A DNA stretch of 64,000 nucleotides from Eledone cirrhosa (Eukaryota), in NCBI GenBank assembly GCA_964016885.1, contig OZ024742.1:318990001-319054000 (forward strand), written 5' to 3'. The position numbers and the translations under genes were made by a program. Under the pieces are notes generated by a model. The model did not search any database. It saw only the letters and a program-made list of their open reading frames with translations, and was not told where the DNA came from. Of the stretch, positions 35,881 to 48,480 are shown piece after piece (within the stretch, counting starts at the first letter, position 1; every line of letters begins with the position of its first letter).

Positions 35881-38800
35881 TCTATATATCTAAAACAGAG
35901 AATGTCTGTCTGTCTGACTCCTTAAAACTCAAGAACCACCTAACCGATTGTTTTCAAACTTTACACATGTAATACTTATGGTCGTGTGAGTGTTTTGAGC
36001 AAAAAGAATTTCAAATTTTCAATGCCCTAGAGACCGCATTAGGCGCCGGAACGTCGCGCCCTTATAATATCTGTCTGGATGTCTGCATTACGACATTATG
36101 ACTTCGTTATCTGTGTGTGTGTGTGTATATATATATGTATATATAGTGTGTGTATATATATATATATTATTCTCATTGCTGATGTATTATGTTCACTATT
36201 TTCCGTTCATTGCCAGAGAATGTCTTCACAAACCAAAGTATCGTCTTTCTGTTTTCCTTCAGTTGCAACGTTTTTCGAAATATTTACTTCTGCGTTCACA
36301 GATTGATTTTTTTAGTTTCAGAAGATCCCGTTAAGGGTGAAAGCAGCGATTCTTTGCTTAAACTTTAATCTGTTATTTTAATATATATATATATGGATCA
36401 ATATATATATAAATGGATCAATAAGACAATAGAGGTAGTTCGAGTTAGTAATCGAATAATTAAGCTTAGATTAGTTGTAGGTAGGAGACTACTGACAATC
36501 ATCTCGGGCTATGCTCCCCAAGCAGGCCTAGGCAAAGATGAGAAAGACTGCTTTTATGAGCAACTTTTGCAAACAACCACAATGACAGAGGACGGAGACA
36601 TTGTTATGCTAGCAGGAGACTTCAATGGTCATGTTGGACAGCTCCAGGATGGTTACACTGGGGTACATGGTGGGCACGGTTACGGTTCAAGAAATGAAGA
36701 AGGAGTGAGACTTCTTGAATTTTGTGATGCAAGTACATTGACTATTTGCAACACAAACTTCCAGAAACCTACCAATCACCTAATAACCTACAAATCTGGT
36801 GAGCACATAAGCCAGATTGACTTCCCGCTTGTTAGGCAGCGGGACAGGCAGATAGTGTCTAATACCAAGGCATACCCTGGGGAAGAATGTACCCCACAGC
36901 ATAGGTTAGTTGTTAGTGATATCTCAGTAAGCAAGAGATGGAATGAGACATATAGGAAGGTGTGGAGAAGAAAGGTCTGGAAGCTAAAAGACCTTTCACT
37001 AAAATTCAAATTTAGGAAAGCCCTTCAAGATGTATATGACGAAAAAGAAGACGATTTAGAGACGTATGACATAGATAATAACTGGAAGTTCTTACGTGAC
37101 AACTTGCTGAAGGCTACTGATGAAACCTGTGGCTGGAGCAGAGCTCCAACCAGACAGAGAGTGACCTGGTGGTGGAACAGCACAGTAGATAAGGCTATTA
37201 GAGACAAAAGACTAGCATGGAAGGCTTGGAAAAAGGGTGGGAGTAGGGAAGAATATACAGCCACTAAGAGAGAAGCTAGACGTCAGGTGTACTTAGCACG
37301 CAGGGAGGCAGAGAGTAGGAGGTTTGCCAATGTTCTGCAACGGGAAGATCAGAGGCGTGCGGTGTTCCACATTGCAAAGCAGTGTGTCAATGCAAATCAG
37401 GATGTTGTTGGTGATAAATGTGTCCGGGATGATGCCGGTGTACTTAGTGTCACGAATGACCAGAAAAAGGAGGCCTGGAAATGTCATTATGAGAGACTGA
37501 TGAATGTGGAGAACGAATGGGAGAGAGAGAAATTACCCTTGGTAGATCCGACAGAGGGACCAGCTATTGAGATTGACGAATATAGGGTCCAAGAGGCGAT
37601 TAGGGAAATGAAAAATGGTAAGGCGGCCGGACCATCGGGAATAGTTGCTGAGATGCTGAAGGCATCAGGGGACGTAGGCACTAAACTGGTTGCACGCATC
37701 ATCAATCAGACTATATATGGTGGTGTCATACCCAAAGACTGGTGCAGCAGTATTCTCATAAATTGCTACAAAGGTAAAGGGGATGCTTTGGAGAGGAGCA
37801 ATTATAGGGATATAAAACTGATAGATCAGGTTATGAAAGTGGCAGAAAGGATTTTAGCACAACTAATTAGAGAAAGGGTCAAACTAGATGAGATGCAGTT
37901 TGGTTTTGTGCCTGGGAAGAGTACAACAGATGCCCTCTTCTTGGTGAGACAAATGCAAGAGAGGTTCTTAGAGAAGAATAAGCCACTATACTTAGCCTTT
38001 GTTGACCTAGAGAAGGCCTTTGATAGGGTACCCCGATCTGTCATCTGGTGGTCCCTAAGGAAGCTGGGTGTTGAGGAATGGCTTGTGAGGACAGTGCAAA
38101 CTTTGTACAGAGGTACTCTCAGTAAAGTCAGGGTAGGAATGGAGTTTAGTGAGGAATTCCAGATACAAGTAGGAGTACATCAGGGTTCAGTCCTCAGCCC
38201 GCTCTTGTTCATTATAGTCCTCCAAGCCATAACAGAGGAGTTTAAGACTGGCTGTCCATGGGAACTTCTCTATGCTGACGATCTGGCTCTTATGGCAGAA
38301 TCAGTAGAGGAGCTAGAGAATAAATTCCGGCTATGGAAACAGCAGTTGGAAGCAAGAGGACTGAGAGTAAATCTAGCTAAGACAAAAGTGTTGATGAGTA
38401 GAAAAGAGGACAAAACCCTGATTCCGTCAGGGAAATGGCCATGTTCGATATGCAGAAAAGGAACTGGCATAAATTCTATAAAATGCACACAATGTAGGTC
38501 CTGGGTACACAAGAGATGTAGCGGGATAGCAGGCAAACTAACAGGTAGGGAGAAATATGTATGCAGTAGATGTACAGGGAAATTAGACAGTAGAAGTCGC
38601 ACTGATAGACACATTTTTCAAATGCGAGAGGGCGCTATAGAAGTGGTGGATAGCTTCCGGTACCTAGGAGATCAGATTAGCATGGGAGGAGGGTGTTCCG
38701 AGGCCATAGTATCTAGAATAAGGACGGGTTGGAAGAAGTTTAGGGAGCTGCTTCCTCTGTTGACGAAGAAGGGTTTCTCCCTGCGTATGAAAGGCCGGTT

Positions 38801-39822
38801 GTATGATGCCTGTGTGAGGAGCGCGATGCTGCATGGTAGTGAGACATGGGCAGCAACCGCAGAAGATATGCGACGGCTGGAGAGAAATGAGGCAAGCATG
38901 CTCCGTTGGATGTGCAGTGTAAATGTGCGTGAACGACCCAGCATAAATGTGTTGAGAGAGAAACTGTGTCTGAGAGGGATAGAATGTAGTGTACGGGAGA
39001 GGAGACTGAGGTGGTATGGACATGTGATGCGCATGGAGGATGACCGATGGGTGAAGAAGTGCCAGGAAATGCCAGTTGAAGGAAGACGTGGTAGAGGTAG
39101 ACCACGAAAAACATGGGCGGAGGTGGTGAGAACAGACCTCAGATCATTGAAGCTCACGGTGGAGATGACGAGGGACCGTGACGAGTGGAGAGATGCTGTG
39201 CTGAATAAGACCCGTCCCACCCTTGCAAGCAGGGAAAAGCGGACGTAAAATGATGATGATGAATGATGATGATGATATTATATACATATATAATTATATA
39301 TTCATGTACAGATATTTTTGCTTACACAAAAACAAAATATAAACAAACGTATTTATTTCACGAAAGCACAAAATGTAGACACCATCCCGAGGCCGCGGTA
39401 TTCCTTACTTCTCTGTACTGTTTCACTCTTCTAATATCTGTCTGTATGTCTGGCTGTCTGCATTATGACATTGACTTCGCTATCTGTGTGTGTGTGTATA
39501 TATATATAGTGTGTGTATATATATATATATATATATAGTGTGTGTAAGGTTTTTCGAAATATTTACTTCTGCGTTCACAGATTGATATTTTTAGTTTCAT
39601 AAGATTCCATTAAGAGTGAAAGCAGCGATTCTTTACTTAAACTTTAATCTGTTATTTTAATATATATATATAATTATATATTCGTGTACAGATATTTTTG
39701 CATACACAATAACAAAATATAAACAAACGTATTTATTTCACGAGGCTCGATAAGGATAAATATATATAAAATATATAAGAACCCTAGAGCAAATCCCGAG
39801 CAACACCGGGCCATTCTGCTAG
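35881..39822 (+). mobile_element. Non-autonomous Helitron interrupted by an RTE LINE, with an internal duplication
   Basis: Same TCTATATATCTAAAACAGAGAATG 5' end; 3' end CCCGAGCAACACCGGGCCATTCTGCTAG|T; segment about 36065-36390 repeated at about 39430-39665. Confidence 0.8.
36412..39275 (+). mobile_element. RTE-clade LINE, 5'-truncated within APE, uninterrupted 951-aa ORF (36393-39248)
   Basis: APE motifs YAPQ, AGDFNGHVG, SQID and HRLV; RT motifs QFGF, FVDLEKAFD, HQGSVLSP, YADD (38271) and YLG; RLRWYGHVMR and RGRGRP C-terminus; (ATG)n tail 39250-39275. The annotated ATG comes from the junction sequence. Confidence 0.95.
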
Positions 39823-40156
39823 TACCAACTGGTCGAGACGTCCCATATATTTCCTACATGAGTTATTTCCCTTGTGTCTTGAAGTAAATATTGCACCATC
39901 ATAAAATTCATCCAAAAATTACAACTTTCCACGCCAAGAAGGATAGAACAATTGATGGAAAATTGAAAACTTACCATTTAGAATAAAGACTACTATAAGT
40001 CAAAACAGGATATCCAAAAATGTAGTTACTTTATTCATTACAACAATATTATGAAGTGTTTATTAGAGTATTCAACAATATTATTAGTGTTCAACTGAAG
40101 GTTGTGAGTTTGGTACTATTTCAGCTGGAAAATTATGGGTTGTACCTGTAATTAAG

Positions 40157-41830
40157 TGGTGTTAAACTGGACAATAGAGCCAGGTGGTGGTGTTAAACTG
40201 GACAATAGTGCCAGGTGGTGGTGTTAAACTGGACAATAGTGCCAGGTGGTGGTGGTGTTAAACTGGACAATAGAGCCAGGTGGTGGTGTTAAACTGGACA
40301 ATAGTGCCAGGTGGTGGTGTTAAACTGGACAATAGTCAGGTGGTGGTGGTGTTAAACTGAACAATAGAGCCAGGTGGTGGTGTTACACTGGACAATAGTG
40401 CCAGGTGGTGGTGTTAAACTGGACAATAGAGCCAGGTGGTGGTGTTAAACTGGACAATAGAGCCAGGTGGTGGTGTTACACTGGACAACAGTGCCAGGTG
40501 GTGGTGTTAAACTGGACAATAGTGCCAGGTGGTGGTGTTACACTGGACAATAGAGCCAGGTGGTGGTGTTAAACTGGACAATAGTCAGGTGGTGGTGGTG
40601 TTAAACTGGACAATAGAGCCAGGTGGTGGTGTTAAACTGGACAATAGAGCCAGGTGGTGGTGTTACACTGGACAACAGTGCCAGGTGGTGGTGTTAAACT
40701 GGACAATAGTGCCAGGTGGTGGTGTTACACTGGACAATAGAGCCAGGTGGTGGTGTTAAACTGGACAATAGTCAGGTGGTGGTGGTGTTAAACTGGACAA
40801 TAGTGCCAGGTGGTGGTGGTGGTGTTACACTGGACAATAGAGCCAGGTGGTGGTGTTAAACTGGACAATAGATCCAGGTGGTGGTGTTAAACTGAACAAC
40901 AGTGCCAGATGATGGTGTTACACTGGACAATAGAGCCAGGTGGTGGTGTTACACTGGACAATAGAGCCAGGTGGTGGTGTTACACTGGACAATAGTGCCA
41001 GGTGGTGGTGTTACACTGGACAATAGAGCCAGGTGGTGGTGTTACACTGGACAATAGAGCCAGGTGGTGGTGTTACACTGGACAATAGAGCCAGGTGGTG
41101 GTGTTACACTGGACAATGGAGCCAGGTGGTGGTGTTACACTGGACAATAGAGCCAGGTGGTGGTGTTAAACTGAACAACAGTGCCAGATGGTGGTGTTAC
41201 ACTGGACAATAGTGCCAGGTGGTGGTGGTGGTGTTACACTGGACAATAGGGCCAGGTGGTGGTGTTAAACTGAACAACAGAGCCAGGTGGTGGTGTTAAA
41301 CTGGACAATAGAGCCAGGTGGTGGTGGTGTTAAACTGGACAATAGAGCCAGGTGGTGGTGGTGTTAAACTGGACAATAGAGCCAGGTGGTGGTGTTAAAC
41401 TGGACAATAGAGCCAGGTGGCGGTGTTACACTGGACAATAGAGCCAGGTGGTGGTGGTGTTACACTGGACAATAGAGCCAGGTGGTGTTGTTAAACTGGA
41501 CAATAGTGCCAGGTGGTGTTACACTGGACAATAGTCAGGTGGTGGTGTTAAACTGGACAATGGTGCCAGGTGGTGGTATTACACTGGACAATAGTCAGGT
41601 GGTGGTGTTAAACTGGACAATAGAGCCAGGTGGTGTTAAACTGGACAATAGTCAGGTGGTGGTGTTAAACTGGACAATGGTGCCAGGTGGTGGTATTACA
41701 CTGGACAATAGTCAGGTGGTGGTGTTAAACTGGACAATAGAGCCAAGTGGTGGTGTTAAACTGGACAATAGTGCTAGGTGAAGGTGTTAAACTGGACAAT
41801 AGTCAGGTAGTGGTGTTAAACTGGATAACA
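40157..41830 (+). repeat. 31-bp minisatellite, about 54 units (GGTGGTGGTGTTA(A/C)ACTGGACAATAG(A/T)GCCA)
   Basis: Direct reading; variants differ in GGT number, A/C and A/T sites, and a 2-bp deletion. Confidence 0.97.
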
Positions 41831-43672
41831 GAGGTACGGTCCTTTCAACAGGCTGCTACACAGTTTCAGTCAACCACATTTCATTAAACAAGTTTTTGGT
41901 AGTAGACACTTACCAAAGGTTTCTACACATTTTGATTGAACCTAAAGCCATGAAGATGTGAGGCAAACTTATCAACCACATAGTCATACCTGCATCCATA
42001 ATCATGAATTTAATATACTTCACCATTATACATAACTATCGAGGCACTGCATCCTTCAAAACTTCCATGCTTCCCAAAATTCACCAACATTACACCTGAT
42101 ATTCCCCCTCCATACACATGCACGCATGTATCTGTATGTATATCATGGCTCATACACTGCTCACTTTCCTGGCATTTGTAGATCATTCTGTTATAATGGC
42201 GTGTCACATTAGTATATCTGTACGAATGAAGGTATTCACCAGACGTAATTTAAAACTACCAATGAGATCACTACAAAGACACTCCGTATACAGTCTACTG
42301 ACAGCTAACTTCAGCCACTATTCATAGACACTTTGCCCAGTCCACCCCCAGTTACGCAGGGGTGTTCAGGGCCTTTTCCCTCCAATAATTCTATGCACTA
42401 TACGTGCACCTTTGATGAGTTGTAATGTACCTGAGCACTGTGCACAACAATTTTCATTATATTATAGTCAGTTACTGTGTCTGACAACTTTCCTTTGTAA
42501 TGTTTTGTTTTTTAAACCTTACATCACCATATTTCCAATGAAATACTTTCCTTGTATGTTTCTATCAATATAGAAGATAATCAAGAAATTGTGTAAAAAA
42601 GAGGTTTGTTAATTAAAATGTTTATAGTATCTTTACTGGTGAACAGAAAACTATTGTGAAAATTTTCAATATTAGAGTAAGAACTTTAATTTTTAATGTC
42701 TTAGTCATAGTGTTGTTTTATACTTTTCAAGGATGTTTTGCAAATGCAATTTCATATGGTGCAAGACAATAAGAATTAATATTAGTCTAGTGTTTGGAAC
42801 GTAACTTAAAAAAAAGTTCTATTATGATAGAAGGTTTGAATTTCATTATCAACAGTTAAAAAATTGGTCATAGATGGTTGATGTCAAAAATAATCTCCTA
42901 TTAAAGGAGTGAAAGTGATAATATTGTCTTCTTAAAGGTAAACTATGTGTTCCACTGTAGAAACTACCAATCTGAGAGAAAGGACATCTTGAAGCCAATC
43001 GTTAAAAACTACCAAGATTGGCGATACAATATATTGTGAAAGATCTACTAACTACAAACAAAATATTTGAGTACATGTAGTTTATGAAACGATTCAACAG
43101 AACCTTCTAGCTACTTTACAGCTTTCCTTGTTTTCCAGCTTATTTTGCCTCCCGTTTGGCCTTCCCTATTTAATTTTTTATTTTTTTTATTTTAATTTTA
43201 ATTTCTATATTCCCTTTTCTGTCTATCTTGTTTTTTTGTTTCTCAACTGTAAGAAGTACTGGATACTTCCCCAAGTCTGTCATATCTTACTAGCTCCACA
43301 CGGACATTTAAATTGATTAAATAAATAGACTAATGGAAGGATCTGCAAAATTAAAAGAAAATTAATACATCATCATTGTTTTAATCCTTTTGTTACCATA
43401 TTTCTAATGAAAGACATTGCTTAAGATTTTCAATTAATATTTTAAATATCCAGGAATTTAGAGAGATTTTATAATACAACCAACAATTTCTTTATTAAAC
43501 TGGTATTTGGAGTATAATATAAGAAAGATTTTTACATACAACCGCGATGAAAGATTTTTAGATAAATATCCGGCACTCCTTAGTTTACAAGTGTTCCAGT
43601 TGATACAATCAACAGAACAGCCTGCTTGTAAAACTAACATGCAAGTAGCTGAGCATTTCATAGATATGCATA

Positions 43673-43870
43673 CCCGTGACATATTTCTCAGGGAGATTCA
43701 GCGTGACACAATGTGGCAAGGTTAACTCTTCGAATTACAGGTACAACACACTTTTGCCAGCTGAGTGAACTGGAGCAACATGAAATAAAGTGTCTTGTTC
43801 AAGGACACAATGCGCTACCTGAAATCAAACTCACAACCTTACGATCATGAGCCGAATACCCTAAGTCACT
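43673..43870 (-). mobile_element. SINE (tRNA-derived head, degenerate)
   Basis: Shares CTGGAGCAACATGAAAT.AAGT...TTG.TCAAG.ACACAA with 34177-34218. Confidence 0.6.
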
Positions 43871-44904
43871 CACAAGCATTTTACAATAAACATTTTTGCA
43901 TTGTAGAACCATGATGCAGGTTTGTCAAATGAGTTAACCCGTTAACATTTAAACAGGCCATATCTGGCCAGAATTTTCTCACCTCTTTCTATTCAAACCA
44001 GCCGTAACTAACCACTCATATTAAAGCATTGTTCTCAAAATGAATAATATCAAAATCTCATAGATTCGATATTATTATTAAGCCTTTACCATGAAAATAC
44101 AATAGTAAATATAGAGTAATGTAAATGCTAAAGGGTTAATATAGTGTCCACACTGGCATGGGCTGTAAGGGCCGGCAATATTGTATATCAATACACCTCT
44201 TGATCATATGTCACCTGAAGTAAGGCGGAACATTCTAATATCTAATCGACTTTTTCTCAATATTTTCTTCCATCATGTGTACTTTTTAAACATTTTTTCT
44301 CAAACTGGTATAAGATGATATAATTTAAGTTTATAGTTAGGAATACCGTTTGGGTGCAGAGCAAGCATTCCTAAATTTTGAATGTCAAGCCTATTTCAGA
44401 CTTACAGTCTTACGAACTTTCTTTTTTAAAATGTTTGTATATTCTGTCTCGTCCACCTTCTCTTTCTCACTTTACCTTCTAGGTCAATTTGATCTTATTT
44501 GTAAATAGTCGAAAGACTAATCACCCAGTTTTGAGTCCATTTGTTACTGTCCCATGTGCACTGGAGCTAGTAGTATCAACCTTAAATCATTGAAACCACA
44601 AGGACCTCCAGCAGTCAACTGACGAGAAGGGACTCTCCTGTCTTTTGTCCATTTTCTTCCCCCTCCTTTATATATATAAGTAAAACCATTATTGTTCGAA
44701 CCAATCAGTCCGTGATTATAATCTAATTCGATCAAAGCAGATACCTTCTAACATGATTATGGATACATAATTGAATGCGATAACTAATCTTAACTTATCT
44801 GAATACAACCACTGGTAAACTTTTGTAGATGCTTTATTTCTTGTGCATTAGAATGACCAGATAACATCCTACTTTATACAAAAACACAATATACCTAATA
44901 AGTT

Positions 44905-45432
44905 AATGAAATTAGATTTTCTAACTTTTTATCTTCAAAATTCCTAATCCCACTATCTACGTCAATTTCTCTTGCAACACTTAATTCAATACTTAGTCAT
45001 GCTAAATCAACACCTCAGTAGGCTTTGAAATATTTCTGATATGTGTGAGTTTGCTCAAAGATCTTTTTGTTGATAGTACTCTCATTGAAATGTTCAACTA
45101 TATTCTTAAAGTAAAATAAACATTTGAAAATATCTCCCAAATTTTATAGTTATCTAATAAATTTAGCAATTCTAAATAAGTCAGTTCTAAAATTTGGTGT
45201 ATGTACTGACAATAAAGGCTGCATTTCTGTTACAAAATCTTCATCACTGAGCTTCAATAGGATATTGGTGGGCAAACGCTTTCACATTTTTCTAACTCCC
45301 TTTCAGACATTATGGTATATTTCCACAAGAAATCAAATTTTTCAGCCAACCATTTAATAGCATTAATCCTTTTGATGCCAACTCACCCAAACTACCTCTA
45401 CTTCTATCAAATGAAACCACTGATTTTAAAGA
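44905..45432 (-). pseudogene. Highly degenerate hAT transposase C-terminus (dimerization region)
   Basis: Minus-strand frames give EKFDFLWKY, LELLNLL, STKRSLSKLTHIRN and LA*LSIELSVAREIDVDSGIRNF, resembling the ERSFSKL...LSIE...ID...F motif of hAT transposases. Confidence 0.6.
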
Positions 45433-46314
45433 GTTTTTATTTAATAATAATAATGAAAATTATTGTGTACAGTACTCAGGTGCACTACAACTCATCAAAG
45501 GTGCATGTATAGTACTTAGAATGATATACAAATGTCATGAAAGTGAACAGTGTATGAGTCATGATATACACACAGACACATGCATGCGTATGTATGTATG
45601 GAGGGGGAATATCAGGTGTAGTGTTGGCAAATTTCAGGAAGCATGGAAATTTTGAAGTATTCAGTATCCCAACAGCTAACAACTGATGCAGGTAGTTTGC
45701 TCCATGCTTCAGTAACTCTGAGCATGAAAAAATGTTTCCAAAAGTCATGGGAGCTGTTCTGTTTTCTGATTTAAATTACAACCATCTAACATAATTGTAT
45801 ATATAAACCCTATGTTAAGTTATCTTAATAATGAAATAATTAATAATTTTAGTAAATTCTCCAAATTCTTCATTAATTTATTCAAATGCAATGTAATTTA
45901 TTAGAAATGCAGTAATGAAAGAGTTAAATTAAAACATACACATGCTCTTGTAATAATATTATCAATCCAAACAAAACAGATTTTCTGAAGTAGGCCACTT
46001 GTGGTAAAACATCTGTGCCAGTCATGACTATCAGGTTAACATCTTTTATTTTGACTCATGCCTCCACATCTATAACAGCGTTTGATTTCAATCTCACATT
46101 TTTTCGTTTTGTTCCAGATGTATTTCTAGTTGTTTCATAATTAAATCAAATCTTCAAAAGGAGTTACAAAGTTAGATATCTCCACGAAGTGAATTACACT
46201 GATAGATATATCCAAAAAGGGGAGTTACAGTGTCAGATATCTCTACATAAAATGTGGCATCTCTGACTTCAATGGCAATGTTACAAATGTCTATTTGAAC
46301 ACTACTGTTTATAT

Positions 46315-47116
46315 TAGGGGTCTCAAACATGTGGCTCGCAAACTACTTTTCTGTGGCCCATGGCAGGACGATTTTCGTGACAATATTTTCCTAAATCTTG
46401 GTAATTTGAAAAATTTATCCCCTTACATTTTATATTAATTCCCATATCCCACTTATTATCATATACATATTCATTTTGATGAAAAATAAATGAATAAAAA
46501 GCAGTCTATCAGCCATATTCCAGATTAGCATTATAACTGATGGAGGTCATCCCCCTCCCCCAATTTCACGCTTGGCTTGCTGTACCTCAACCTCAGAACA
46601 TAATGGCCGTTTTGAGTCCTTCAGTTTGGGACCTCTGCTTTATACCAAACAGCCAATATTAACATGCAAAATATACGTTTTAGGTACACTAATATTCCAT
46701 TCAATTTATTGTTTATCTTTTCTGTTAAGCTAATCTTGCAATGCTGAGTACTAGTAAGGGGAAATACAAAAGATTTGATACCCTCAACCACAGTGGATCC
46801 TTTCAGTCTCCCACCACTGTCACCTCTCAAGGAAGCCTCCACTGAAACAGGTAGCGAAGTTCAAGTATCCCGAGGCCGTGTTCATGAATGATGGAAGACA
46901 GGAGGCTGGATTAAGTGCAAGAATCGCAGGAGATGGAGCAGTAATGCGCCAGCTTCAGCATTCAATAATCAGAAGGGAAGTAGGTGTAAAAGCCAAACTG
47001 GCTATACATGCCAACCCTTACCTATGATCATGAATCTAGGAAAATATTGGTCCCAGAAATTGTTCTGCTGAAGGCCATAGAAAAGTAGTTTGTGAGCCAC
47101 GTGTTTGAGAAACCTG
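46315..47116. mobile_element. hAT-like MITE containing an RTE fragment (about 46840-47040)
   Basis: AGGGGTCTCAAACATGTGGCTCGC / GTGAGCCACGTGTTTGAGAAACCTG TIRs; the interior piece matches 18789-19003. Confidence 0.65.
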
Positions 47117-48304
47117 GGTTAGTCTAAGACATTACAACTCCGTTCTTAAGAGTACCGAGGACTAGAAAAATTTGGAAAACTATTGCACTGTATTTATTAG
47201 ATAAAAACTTAAAATGTAAGGACATCACTATTACTATGGCTAGAGAATGTTTTCTTCTTTTGTTTTACCTCAGAACTCACTAAATACCAATAGAATTTTT
47301 TTTTTAATATCAAATATAATCAAACCCATAGCAACATCAATACTACGTAAGATATTGAAAAAAAAATGTATTTTTTTTAGCCTACAAATGATATTTTGCT
47401 TTAATTTCCTAAGAAAAAAATAGGTACTTCTATATATATTAATAGCAAATGAAAACATTCTCTTTAATTTTGTTTTAAAAAATCCTAGCGAAAAAAAGCC
47501 TACTGAGAGATATTATCAAGGGAATATATTTTGTATATTTACATAAACTTACCTCACCTCACTTAATCTATCGCAATGAACAGTTAAGTTAAGTTAGGTA
47601 AGCTTAGATTAGTTTATTTATGAAAATATACAAATATTTTCAGTACAAATTCATTTTTCTAAATCAATAGTTAATAGTAGGTATGCTCTAATATTGAGCC
47701 GGAGTAAAGATGGATGAGAAAGGTTTAAATATTCCTGGCAATATTTGAAAGTGCTCTCTCTCTCTCTTGTTACAGACCCATCCAAAACGTAGTAGTATGG
47801 AAAATATGGCTTAAAATTCTAAAATACCAGGAATTGTTGACAAACTGTTGTTTTTTTACTGTCTGTGGCGTTCTAGACGTTTTGTAGATCTGAGCCGCTA
47901 ACAACGAGGTTCTTGCCATTGTTGGCAGCTCATTTTATCAATGTAATAAAGCTGCGAGGGTGCTTGGCTATTCTACTACCTTAGCCTCGCTATTATCTAT
48001 GCTGTTGGCTTGCCTTAAAAATGATTAGAGTGATAACTCCAGCAGCCACTGTGGTATGTGGTTGAGTATATGTCTCTCCCACCCCATACACACATTTTTT
48101 TCATTAATTATTTATCCGTTTTTATTTTTTTAGCAGTCTATATATGTGCAAGAAATTTATTATATACTCTTGGGTCGCAAATAATGGGGGTGGGGTGGAC
48201 ATTTGCTTAAATTCTTGGAGGGGGTCGGTAATTGTATAGTGTACGTTCGTAAATATGGAATTTCTTGTAAAGTTCTTTTTTTGTCATATAAAATGTTTTT
48301 TAAT

Positions 48305-48480
48305 GTATCGGTAGAGGTTCGGACGCCATGCTTTGACGCATTGAGTTACGGCCCTTGCCATTCTGAGTTCAAATCCCGCCGAGGTTACCTTCGAGTTCAT
48401 CCTTACGGGATCGATAAAATAAAATACCAGTAATACACTGAGTAATTGCTGGCCTTGTGCCAAAAGTAGAAACAATTATT
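48305..48480 (+). mobile_element. tRNA-derived SINE
   Basis: Same family as 24013-24197. Confidence 0.85.

Noticed and set aside
36788-39220. Antisense ORFs over the RTE element
   Set aside because: Shadow frames of the long sense ORF with no recognisable motifs.
40157-41830. CRISPR array or repetitive protein ORFs (40529-40759, 41482-41781)
   Set aside because: Units are contiguous with no unique spacers, there are no cas genes, and the context is eukaryotic; the ORFs are by-products of the repeat.
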